Positions 1 through 8,161 of a stretch of DNA of 64,000 nucleotides are shown here, piece after piece. The notes under the pieces are model-generated. The model was not told the origin of the DNA. It made no database searches and saw only the letters and a program-made list of their open reading frames with translations. The stretch is from a virus (lineage: Duplodnaviria; Caudoviricetes), in the IMG/VR virus record IMGVR_UViG_3300044714_000024, positions 204-64,203 of that record, one strand, 5' to 3'. The position numbers were made by a program, and so were the translations under genes. Within the stretch, counting starts at the first letter, position 1. Every line of letters starts with the position of its first letter.

Positions 1-159
1 GGGGTTTCTCACCATCGTTTGATGATTAAGGCACTCAATGGAATCTACGAGCTTTTGCGCGAGCCTGAACCCGTTCCCGGAACCCTGCCTCTCAACGCAC
101 AGACCTCGAAGGAACCCGGCCAACGCGGCTGGTACGATTCGGTCAACAAGAGCGCGTAG
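1..159 (+). CDS. C-terminal part of capsid scaffolding protein (partial)
   Basis: Frame 1 is open: GVSHHRLMIKALNG...PGQRGWYDSVNKSA*. It lies directly before the capsid gene and fits as the continuation of the ORF starting at 63288. Confidence 0.75.
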   Translation, partial: GVSHHRLMIKALNGIYELLREPEPVPGTLPLNAQTSKEPGQRGWYDSVNKSA

Positions 160-189
160 AGAAGGCCAAGTTTGAAAGGCTTCTAGCCC

Positions 190-1224
190 ATGGCTTCCTT
201 GACCCTGGCCGATGTCGGCCGTCGCATGGACCCTGGCGGCAAAATCGCCGACATGGCCGAACTGATGTCTCAATGCAACGAGATCGACGAGGATGCCCCG
301 CTGGTCAAGGGCAATCTCACAACCGGCCACGTTGTCACGCTGCGGACTGCTCTTCCGAAGGGTACGTTGCGCCGCTTCAACCAAGGCGTCGGCTACACCA
401 AATCCTCGGCCGCGCAGATCACGTTCGGCATGGCGATGCTGGACGCCTACTCGCAGATCGACAAGCGCCTCGCGGATTTGGGTGGAAATACCAACGCCAA
501 TCGCGAGAAAGAGGACGTGGCCCACATGGAGGGCATGTCCCAGCAGTGGACCGGCTTCCTCGTTTACGGGAATGCCTGGACGACTCCCGAGCAATTCTCC
601 GGTTTCTCAACGTATTTCTCCGCAATCGCCAATACTCCGAATGGTGTCAACGTGTTCGATGCCGGCGGTACTGGTTCCTCGAATACGTCGATCTGGCTCA
701 TCGGCTGGGGCGATCAGACGGTTTACGAGATTTACCCGGATGGCACGAAAGCCGGGCTGATCTTCGAGAACAAGGGCGATGTGGTCCCGGCGTTCACGTC
801 GAACGGCACGGCCCGGTACGAAGCCTATACGTCGTACTTCTCGCGCAACGGCGGATTGGCTATCGAGGACTGGCGCTATGTGATTCGCATGGCGAACTTT
901 GACACCACGACGGCCGGTCTCGCCGGTCCTACTCCCCCGGACATCTTCGCCATCATGTCGAAGTCGGTTGTTCGTCTCCCGACTGCGGGACGGATGGTTT
1001 CCGGTATCGTCAAGACCGACGCGCCGGATCGCGTCGCTCCCTCGATTCGCCTGAAGTTCTACTGCGACCGTACCGCGCGGGAGTACATGGATATCCAGGC
1101 GATCCGGGACAAAAACGTTCTGCTTCGCCCCGAGGATTACGCCGGACGCCCGATTGTGAACTTCCGCAATATCGCAATCGGCGTGGTCGATCAGATTCTT
1201 GATACCGAAAGCCGCGTGGTCTAA
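190..1224 (+). CDS. major capsid protein (BPP-1 Bbp17/epsilon15 gp7-like)
   Basis: 344 aa with motifs GNLTTGH..TLRT.LP, SQIDKRLADLGGN, GGTGSSNTSIWL..WG and GLAIEDWRYVIR.AN. Lies between scaffold and cement genes. Confidence 0.92.
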   Translation: MASLTLADVGRRMDPGGKIADMAELMSQCNEIDEDAPLVKGNLTTGHVVTLRTALPKGTLRRFNQGVGYTKSSAAQITFGMAMLDAYSQIDKRLADLGGNTNANREKEDVAHMEGMSQQWTGFLVYGNAWTTPEQFSGFSTYFSAIANTPNGVNVFDAGGTGSSNTSIWLIGWGDQTVYEIYPDGTKAGLIFENKGDVVPAFTSNGTARYEAYTSYFSRNGGLAIEDWRYVIRMANFDTTTAGLAGPTPPDIFAIMSKSVVRLPTAGRMVSGIVKTDAPDRVAPSIRLKFYCDRTAREYMDIQAIRDKNVLLRPEDYAGRPIVNFRNIAIGVVDQILDTESRVV

Positions 1225-1254
1225 GCGCAACTCAAATCGAAAGGAGAGCACCCG

Positions 1255-1815
1255 ATGGGTATGCTCGATCTCTCTCTACAGTTCTCCAATGCGCAGGCCA
1301 TTACGGCTACCGCACAATCGACCAACTTCTACGATCAGTTGACCGGGCAAACTCTGACGACGACTTACACGCCATCGCCCTCGGCAATCTTCTCGGTCAA
1401 CGAAACCTACTTCGGCGAGGACTTGGGCATCGGCAAAGGCGAAGGGACGCCGCGTGTCGTGGTCAATGTTGGGACGGTATTCGCAACGCTCACGTCGTTG
1501 CAGATTCAGTTCCAAGGTGCGCCGGAAAATTCCACGTCGCATACGTCCGGGTTACGGTCGGACTTGACGTTCGTTACCTACATTCAGACCGACACGATTG
1601 CTCTGGCGCTGCTCACGGCCAATACTCGAATCGCCTCGTTCGATTGGCCGATGCGCAAGACCGGCCAGGCACTGCCCCGGTTCTTGCAGTTGAACTATGT
1701 GGTCGCGGGTTCCAATGCGACGACCGGAACCTTGACCTCGGACGTGACGCTCGGCGACGACGACGCGCAGTCCACGCTTGCGTACTACGGCTCGAACTAT
1801 AAGGTTGCTTCCTAA
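1255..1815 (+). CDS. capsid cement/decoration protein (Bbp16-like)
   Basis: MLD..L.FS..QAITATA.STN start, DLGIG, RFLQLNYVV. Strong AAGGAG RBS. Follows the capsid gene. Confidence 0.85.
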   Translation: MGMLDLSLQFSNAQAITATAQSTNFYDQLTGQTLTTTYTPSPSAIFSVNETYFGEDLGIGKGEGTPRVVVNVGTVFATLTSLQIQFQGAPENSTSHTSGLRSDLTFVTYIQTDTIALALLTANTRIASFDWPMRKTGQALPRFLQLNYVVAGSNATTGTLTSDVTLGDDDAQSTLAYYGSNYKVAS

Positions 1816-1841
1816 CGGCGCGGCCCTCCCCGCGTTGTAAC

Positions 1842-1889
1842 GCGCCGTGCCCATAAAGCCCTTGCAGCAGAGGCCAAAGGGCACGGCGC
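1842..1889 (+). terminator. stem-loop after capsid/cement genes (possible attenuator or terminator)
   Basis: GCGCCGTGCCC (1842-1852) pairs with GGGCACGGCGC (1879-1889); a T-rich tract follows shortly after. Confidence 0.45.
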
Positions 1890-1924
1890 AACCAAGTTTC
1901 TATTTTTCAGGATTGGAGTTAGCG

Positions 1925-2530
1925 ATGAACGAACAACTTCCGGAAAGCTTTGTGTCCGATGACGGACGCAGAGTGGCGGCGCCGACTTACGAGGCGCTGG
2001 CACAGGTTCAATTGATTCTCGCTTCTGCGGAGACCGGCCAAGCTGGGCCTACGCTTCTCGAAGTCGGCGAAATCTTCACCAGCGACGCAATCCCGTCTCA
2101 TGCATGGCTTCCGCTCAATCGCGCGGCCGGCGAGCGATTCGAGAATTGGGTGAATTCGCTTCCTCTGGATGGCAAAAACATCCCACAGGAACTCATCACG
2201 GAAGCGGCGTTCCAGTTGCGCCCACGCGAAGGCGACCCGGAATTCCCGATGGATCAGTGGTGGCCGCACGTGCTTCGGCTTGCCGCAAAGATGGCTGACG
2301 AAAAGCGTGGCCGTCCGGCTGCGGTGACTCCGGGGTTCCGGCCGATGGCGCCCAATACGCCGCCGATGCCGTTTGCTTCGGTCGGGCCTATCGCTCCCGA
2401 TCCGGGTCGTGCTCCCGCGATGCACCAACCGCAGGCTCGGGCAACGATGGATGCTCGCGCTCAGAGACAGCAGCGCCGGCCGCCTATGCCGAATACCGCG
2501 CCGGCCGCGCCCGCGCAGACCACGACCTGA
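1925..2530 (+). CDS. hypothetical head-module protein
   Basis: GGAG RBS before ATG 1925; Pro-rich C-terminus. Confidence 0.7.
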   Translation: MNEQLPESFVSDDGRRVAAPTYEALAQVQLILASAETGQAGPTLLEVGEIFTSDAIPSHAWLPLNRAAGERFENWVNSLPLDGKNIPQELITEAAFQLRPREGDPEFPMDQWWPHVLRLAAKMADEKRGRPAAVTPGFRPMAPNTPPMPFASVGPIAPDPGRAPAMHQPQARATMDARAQRQQRRPPMPNTAPAAPAQTTT

Positions 2531-2570
2531 TACTCACATAGGAGCGCCGCAGCAAAACGGCGATAGCACG

Positions 2571-3869
2571 ATGAAATTCCTTTCTCGCTTCCGTGTTGCG
2601 GCGCTCTGCGCTCTGAGTGGTGCTGTTTTGGCGTTGCTCGGCACTGTCGGGCCGGTGCAGAATGCCGTCAGCCAGGGTATGCAGCAGATCACGAATCTCG
2701 CTGGCACCGAGCAAATCTCCCTGAATTACCCATGCACGGTGTCGTGTTTTACCACGTCGCTTTCGCTCGCTGGTCTTAATAACTCGCAGCCCACCCGCAA
2801 TAATGTCCTGATCGGCGGTGATGCGACAACCAATCTCTGGCAACGCGCCACGACCGGATCGAGCGTCACCACGACTGTCACCTATGGTGGTCCTGATCGT
2901 TGGGCCTATTGGTCCGGCGCTTCAACCGCCATGACGGTCTCGCGAGATTCGACAGCAGCCGATTTGCCCGCGAGCGCTTATCAGTACGGCTTCAAGATGG
3001 CGCGCACGTCGGGTCAAACCGGCGTGGTGCAGGTCTGCATGGCGCAGGAAATCGAATCGGTCAATTCGTATCAGTTGGCTGGATCGACGGTTGAATTCGA
3101 TTTTCACGCGACGGCTGGTGCTAATTTCTCCGCAGCCTCAAGCAATATGACGGCGTATATCGTCTATGGCACGAGCACCGACGAAGGCATGGCATCGCTC
3201 GCCAAGGGGTTGAACGGTGGTGGGGGCGGATCGGCGGGATGGACCGGCCAAGCCAATGCCACGGCGGCAGTCATTCCGATTACGACGACCAACGCGCGCT
3301 ATGCAGCGATTGCGACTGTTCCCGCGACCGCAACGGAAGTTGGAGTGGCGTTGTGCTTTACGCCAGTGGGTACGGCCGGCACAAATGATTATATCGCGTT
3401 CTCCGGGATTCAGTTGGTGCGCAATAGTGCGCTGGCTTCCAAGGTCTCCGCGACGCTTGGTTACGCTTGCACGACCATCAACTGCACAGGCTTTGATCGC
3501 CGGCAACAGGGCGATGAGACCGATCTACAATATCGTTACTACTATCAAGTCAACGATAACGTCGCCAACACGGTCCCGATCACGCTGTGTCAGGCGACGA
3601 CAACCTCGGCGGTCGTGTGTCCCATCCCGTTCCCGGTCACCATGCGTACTGCCCCGACCGCAACCGCATCGGCTTCCACGGCGTTTGGCGATACCGCGAC
3701 TGCCGGCGCTCCTACGGCCTGTACGGGATTTGCGGTCGTGGCGTCGTCAACTTCGGTACAGACCGGCAAGGTGACATGCACGGCCGGCGCGACGACCACG
3801 GCGGGCGGCTCATCCCAGCTTGTCGGAGCTAATACAGCAGCCAACGTGAACTTTAGCGCCGAGCTTTAG
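2571..3869 (+). CDS. fibre/spike-type protein (carbohydrate-binding-like domain) with N-terminal signal peptide
   Basis: RNN.LIGGD....WQR, DRW, ET.LQYRYY and FPVTMRTAPT motifs are typical of phage fibre domains. Leader MKFLSRFRVAALCALSGAVLALLG...AVS|Q. Confidence 0.75.
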   Translation: MKFLSRFRVAALCALSGAVLALLGTVGPVQNAVSQGMQQITNLAGTEQISLNYPCTVSCFTTSLSLAGLNNSQPTRNNVLIGGDATTNLWQRATTGSSVTTTVTYGGPDRWAYWSGASTAMTVSRDSTAADLPASAYQYGFKMARTSGQTGVVQVCMAQEIESVNSYQLAGSTVEFDFHATAGANFSAASSNMTAYIVYGTSTDEGMASLAKGLNGGGGGSAGWTGQANATAAVIPITTTNARYAAIATVPATATEVGVALCFTPVGTAGTNDYIAFSGIQLVRNSALASKVSATLGYACTTINCTGFDRRQQGDETDLQYRYYYQVNDNVANTVPITLCQATTTSAVVCPIPFPVTMRTAPTATASASTAFGDTATAGAPTACTGFAVVASSTSVQTGKVTCTAGATTTAGGSSQLVGANTAANVNFSAEL

Positions 3870-3896
3870 TCGTCGGAACAGCGGAGCAACTTCGCC

Positions 3897-4628
3897 ATGC
3901 GAAGGATTCTGTTTGCTGCGATTGCGCTGAGTCTGAGTATACTGCCTGCTTGGGCGCAAAATACGACCGGGCTTGTTGTGGCGACCTGCGGCACCGTTGT
4001 AACGGCGTTCAAGGCTGGTAATCCCGGCCCATTTACCGTCGATGTGAACGGCAACCTCTGCCAGACTGGCGGTGGGGGTGGCGGCTCAGTAACTCAGGGG
4101 ACGACGCCTTGGGTCGATAATATCACGCAATGGGCGAGCGTAACGCTTGGCGCCGCGACGGCCTGGGGAACGGCGCCGACCGGCAACGTGCCCGGCGTGA
4201 ATGCAAATATTCTTGGCCCGCTCGGGCAGCAACTTTCGGCAGCCTCGATTCCTGTCGTGTTGCCCGCGGCGCAGATCACGACGCTGACGCCACCGACAAC
4301 GGTAACCGCGAACGGCGCGGCCAATGTCACCGCGACCGACTGCTCCGGCACGGTGGCTTCTGGCGGCACCGCACAAAATGCTTTCACCGCGCAGACGACG
4401 CTGCACGGCTTCACCATCGCCAACATTGACACTACCGAGCCGCTGTGGATTTCGTTCACGACGACGGCGGCAGCGTCTGGCGCCGGGAGTTACCCGCTGC
4501 CGGCCGCGACCGCGACGACGTTTGCGGGGTTCGGCTCATTCACGGCGCCGCCTGGCTTCGGTCTCAATCACGCGCTCTCGGTGATCGCGGCGACGACCAG
4601 CCATAAGTTTACCTGCACATGGTGGTAA
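3897..4628 (+). CDS. putative structural/appendage protein with signal peptide
   Basis: Leader MRRILFAAIALSLSILPAWA|Q; Thr/Ala/Gly-rich; small beta-sandwich-like C-terminus. Confidence 0.75.
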   Translation: MRRILFAAIALSLSILPAWAQNTTGLVVATCGTVVTAFKAGNPGPFTVDVNGNLCQTGGGGGGSVTQGTTPWVDNITQWASVTLGAATAWGTAPTGNVPGVNANILGPLGQQLSAASIPVVLPAAQITTLTPPTTVTANGAANVTATDCSGTVASGGTAQNAFTAQTTLHGFTIANIDTTEPLWISFTTTAAASGAGSYPLPAATATTFAGFGSFTAPPGFGLNHALSVIAATTSHKFTCTWW

Positions 4629-4630
4629 TC

Positions 4631-5311
4631 ATGCGCCGATTGGCTCGCACGCTTGCCGCGCTTCTTCTCGCCTCCGCACTGATTTCGCCGAGCGCCGCGC
4701 AATTCGGCGGTTCCGGCAACACCGGATCGTGCAGCGGCGATCTGACCGGCACCTATCCGAACTGTACCGTCGCCAAGGTCAACGGCGGCACGCCGGGCGG
4801 CGCGTGCCCGTCGCATCAGTACATGACCGCAATGTCGTCGGCCGGAACGCCGACCTGCGCGCAGCCCAGCAATGGCGATGTGTCTGGCCTCGGTAGCATG
4901 GGCACCCAGGCATCGAACAACGTTTCGGTCAGCGGCGGCACGATCGACGGTGCCGCGGTCGGCGGTTCGACACCGGCGGCGGGGAATTTCACCAACGTCG
5001 GCTACTCCGGCGTCGAGATCAATACCGGCTTCAACGTGCAGTCGCCTTCGACCGGATTTAATATCACGGTCGGCGCTGGCATCGGATTGCAACTTTTGAG
5101 CCCAGCAGGAACGCTTTTGGCCGGCACGGTGAAAATGCCGGCCGCGCCTGTGAATGGGCAAGTGCTTCGGATCAAGACCACGCAAGCGATCACGACGCTT
5201 ACGCTCAGCCCGAACACAGGGCAGAGTTTGCTCGGCGCCATTCCGACGCTCGCGCTGGGCGGCGGTATCGAGTGCATTTATCAGACCTCGAACACCACAT
5301 GGTATTGCTGA
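4631..5311 (+). CDS. fibre-like protein with signal peptide
   Basis: Leader MRRLARTLAALLLASALISPSAA|Q; fibre motifs GDLTGTYPN and GLGSMGTQ.SNNV.VSGGTIDG..VGG.TPAAG.FT. Confidence 0.78.
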   Translation: MRRLARTLAALLLASALISPSAAQFGGSGNTGSCSGDLTGTYPNCTVAKVNGGTPGGACPSHQYMTAMSSAGTPTCAQPSNGDVSGLGSMGTQASNNVSVSGGTIDGAAVGGSTPAAGNFTNVGYSGVEINTGFNVQSPSTGFNITVGAGIGLQLLSPAGTLLAGTVKMPAAPVNGQVLRIKTTQAITTLTLSPNTGQSLLGAIPTLALGGGIECIYQTSNTTWYC

Positions 5312-5312
5312 T

Positions 5313-6263
5313 ATGCTGCGGCGGGTTGCTCTTGCGCTTTGGCTGACGGCGGCTGTTTCGTTATTTGCTCTGACCGCTCCGCGCGCGCAGTTCAATGGCT
5401 GTTCGGCCGGATTTTGCAGTTCTTCGAGTGTGGGCTATCAAGGACCCGGCGATATTACGTCTGGCGCCATCGCGTTCTTTTCCGCCGGGCGCGCCTATAA
5501 CGCGGCTTACGCCGCGGTCACCGGCAGTCTGGCCGATCTCGTCGCGACGGGAAACGGCGCAGCGGTCTGTACGCTCAAGGCGCTGTTGAGCGGCTACGTC
5601 AACCTGACGAGTTCAGCGTGTTCTGGTTCAACGCCTGCCGCCGCCTGCGCTGCCGCCAATGGCGGATCGTGTAAGGTCACTAAGCTCTATGACCAGGCCG
5701 GCACTGGCAATCACGTCGTCCAGACAACGCTTGCCAATATGCCGGCGCTGACGTTCGGTGCGCAGAATGGATTGCCGTGTCCGGCGGGGACGGCAAATGC
5801 TTCGCTGGTCTTGGCAAGCGCAGGGACCATAACCCAAGCGCAGCCATTTACCTTTACGGCGGTCGCGGAACGCACTGGAAGTTTCACCACGGCTCAAAGA
5901 ATTTTGAATGTAGGAGCAACTAGTCCAACGCTGGCATTTTCAGCTAATGCTAATCAACCCACTTTCAGCGCTGGTACCGGACTCTTTCTCACAGCGGCGG
6001 ATAGCGCGTTCCACGCTTTGCTTGCTGTAGCAAGTCCAACGGCACCTTTATTTGCTGCGGATAGCAGTGCAAACACGACCACAGCGGCTAGCGGAGCAGG
6101 TACGTTGGCAGCGGTAGCATCCTTTATGAACCGTGGGTCAGGTGGGCAAGCAATGCTTGCTGGTTTCGTCTGCGAAGCGGGTATCTGGCCTGCCGATCTC
6201 AACGCATCCTATCAAGCCATGCTCGCCAATATGCGCAGTGCGACCAATGGGTGGAATTTCTAA
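5313..6263 (+). CDS. lectin/ConA-LamG-like head spike or fibre protein with signal peptide
   Basis: Leader MLRRVALALWLTAAVSLFALTAPRA|Q; VTKLYDQ.G.GNH..Q...AN.P motif. Confidence 0.72.
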   Translation: MLRRVALALWLTAAVSLFALTAPRAQFNGCSAGFCSSSSVGYQGPGDITSGAIAFFSAGRAYNAAYAAVTGSLADLVATGNGAAVCTLKALLSGYVNLTSSACSGSTPAAACAAANGGSCKVTKLYDQAGTGNHVVQTTLANMPALTFGAQNGLPCPAGTANASLVLASAGTITQAQPFTFTAVAERTGSFTTAQRILNVGATSPTLAFSANANQPTFSAGTGLFLTAADSAFHALLAVASPTAPLFAADSSANTTTAASGAGTLAAVASFMNRGSGGQAMLAGFVCEAGIWPADLNASYQAMLANMRSATNGWNF

Positions 6264-6264
6264 T

Positions 6265-6384
6265 ATGATTACGGAAATCACGAACCTATTTATCGAGGCT
6301 GCCTTTAAAGCGTGGGCGGCCTACTGGATTTCAACGACAATTGGACTGCTTATACGCAGCGCGACGAATGGGTGGAATTTCTAG
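6265..6384 (+). CDS. 39-aa hydrophobic peptide ending in a copy of the upstream gene's C-terminus
   Basis: MITEITNLFIEAAFKAWAAYWISTTIGLLIRSATNGWNF; fills the gap exactly. Confidence 0.45.
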   Translation: MITEITNLFIEAAFKAWAAYWISTTIGLLIRSATNGWNF

Positions 6385-6386
6385 TC

Positions 6387-6575
6387 ATGCCCTGGAAATC
6401 CGGCAAAGCGTTTGCCTCCAAACACAACAAAAAACTGAAAGGCGAAGCCGCGACTACGGCAAAGAATCAGGCTGAGGCGATGATCAAGAAGGGCGTTCCC
6501 GAACGCATTGCCTTGGCCACGGCAAATAAAACCGGGGATAGACTACAATCCCGGCATAAACGGTGGTACGGTTGA
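6387..6575 (+). CDS. small basic protein (ChaB-like MPW... family)
   Basis: MPWKS...A..QA.AMIK.G.PE..A.ATA; ends RWYG. Confidence 0.65.
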   Translation: MPWKSGKAFASKHNKKLKGEAATTAKNQAEAMIKKGVPERIALATANKTGDRLQSRHKRWYG

Positions 6576-6847
6576 TGGCCTCGTTAACGCTCGCCGACAT
6601 GGCAAGACGGATGGTGCCGGGAAATAAGACGGTGGCAAAGAAAAAGTGGATCAAAGGCGCGATCAAGAATCCGGGCGGACTGCACCGTGCGCTCGGCGTC
6701 CCAGAAGGTGACAAGATACCAGCCGATAAATTGGCCTCGGCAAAGAATTCGCGTAACCCGCGTGTGCGCCGCATGGCGGCTTTGGCGGGTACTCTCGAAA
6801 AGATGCACCACAAACCGCGTAGCGAACGCTGGTATGGAAAGGACTGA
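6575..6847 (+). CDS. small basic protein with capsid-like N-terminus
   Basis: TGATG coupling to the upstream gene; KWIKGAIKNPG.LH..LGVP.G.KIP..KL...A.LA.TL motif of small basic phage head proteins. Confidence 0.75.
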   Translation: MASLTLADMARRMVPGNKTVAKKKWIKGAIKNPGGLHRALGVPEGDKIPADKLASAKNSRNPRVRRMAALAGTLEKMHHKPRSERWYGKD

Positions 6848-6850
6848 AAA

Positions 6851-7141
6851 ATGGCCGAACGCAAATGGTACGGCAAAGAGGGCGGCGGCGGGGAGGGGAC
6901 TCACGAACGCCACTCCCGCGAGCGCAAAGAAATGCACACGCGCCATTCCAAGATGCGCGATGCCCTCCATAAGCAACACGAGGACGAAATTGGCCAGATG
7001 GCCGAACGGCAATCGGCCGAGGCTGCGGCTGAGAATCAGGGCGCGCAGGCTGCGGCGCCGGCCGCTGCGGCAGCGCCCGCAGCGGCCCCAGCGGGTCAGG
7101 GAGCCGCAGCGGCGGCAACCGGGGCGGCGGCACCGGCATGA
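6851..7141 (+). CDS. small His/Glu-rich protein with Ala-rich tail
   Basis: AAGGA RBS; HERHSRERKEMH.RH helix. Confidence 0.7.
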   Translation: MAERKWYGKEGGGGEGTHERHSRERKEMHTRHSKMRDALHKQHEDEIGQMAERQSAEAAAENQGAQAAAPAAAAAPAAAPAGQGAAAAATGAAAPA

Positions 7142-7148
7142 ATTTAGG

Positions 7149-7265
7149 CTACGTCCCAGCTCCCCCTGTTCGGCCGGCGGCCCGCAGGACACGCACCCGA
7201 TGCCCGGCGTGGGACGCAGGCGGGGGAAACCTCCCATAGTTGACGCTTAATCGGGTGAAGCCGCC
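7149..7265 (+). ncRNA. candidate structured RNA (double pseudoknot)
   Basis: Several complementary segments in a 147-bp intergenic gap; see findings. Confidence 0.4.
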
Positions 7266-7288
7266 ACTTATTCGGAAAGGAAGATCAG

Positions 7289-7672
7289 ATGGCTCGTTTT
7301 TCGGCGATGGTGGACATGGGAAAAACGGCCGATGAGGTCAAAGAAGAAATTGAGGAACGCAGCGGCGGTCCTGAGGCTTCGACGGCGGTTTATCCTTATG
7401 GCCTTTGCGTGGCACTGACTGAGGAAGAACTGGAAAAGCTCGGCATTGGCGACGAATTACCGAATCGCGGCGACATGATCCACATCATTGCCATGGCGAA
7501 AGTGACCGCAGTTTCTGAGAACGAGAACGAAATGACAGACGGGTCCAAAAAGGTTCGGCGTCGGGTCGAACTGCAAATTACACATATTGCTCTCGAAGAT
7601 GAGGACGATGAAGGCGAAGAAGAAGCGCGCCGCTCCCGCTTCTATGGCTCGAGTGATACCAAAGCCGCGTGA
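7289..7672 (+). CDS. capsid staple protein (epsilon15 gp10-like)
   Basis: MVDM...YPYGLC..L..E.L.KLGI...P..GD.I...AMAKVT...VELQIT. Confidence 0.8.
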   Translation: MARFSAMVDMGKTADEVKEEIEERSGGPEASTAVYPYGLCVALTEEELEKLGIGDELPNRGDMIHIIAMAKVTAVSENENEMTDGSKKVRRRVELQITHIALEDEDDEGEEEARRSRFYGSSDTKAA

Positions 7673-7716
7673 ACCAAAGTATCTGATGATAAGCATGCCA
7701 AGGAAGGAGAATAGCC

Positions 7717-8058
7717 ATGGCAAATTGGGAAAATCGGACCTATCGGGTTTTGCAGACGAGCCACATCAACGGCGCCATTGCCGAAGTGGGCGAAATCGTC
7801 ACGATCAAGATTGATCGCGACACATGGCGGCCGGGACCAAATCTGCAAGAAGTCGAGGTTGGCGAACAAAAGCATACGCCCGCGCAGCAGGCCGAAGGTG
7901 ACGGCATGGCCGCGCTGACCAAAGAGGCCGCCGACAAACAAGCCGCCAGGGAAGCGAAGCCGGAAGCGGAAGAAAAGTTGCCGCTCGAACCGGAGCCGCC
8001 GCGCGCAGAGACAACGCCAGAAGCGCCGCAGCCGAATCAACCGAGCAATCCGGCGTAA
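7717..8058 (+). CDS. hypothetical head-module protein
   Basis: GGAG RBS; YRVLQ.S.ING....VGEIV...PGPNL..V pattern. Confidence 0.7.
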   Translation: MANWENRTYRVLQTSHINGAIAEVGEIVTIKIDRDTWRPGPNLQEVEVGEQKHTPAQQAEGDGMAALTKEAADKQAAREAKPEAEEKLPLEPEPPRAETTPEAPQPNQPSNPA

Positions 8059-8161
8059 TTGCCACTTGCCTCATTGAGAAGAAGGAGGTACAAATAGCGA
8101 ACCGACGCCGCCCCGGCAAGGGCAAGCATCGGCTCTGGCCACCCCCGAAGGAGACTCGGAA

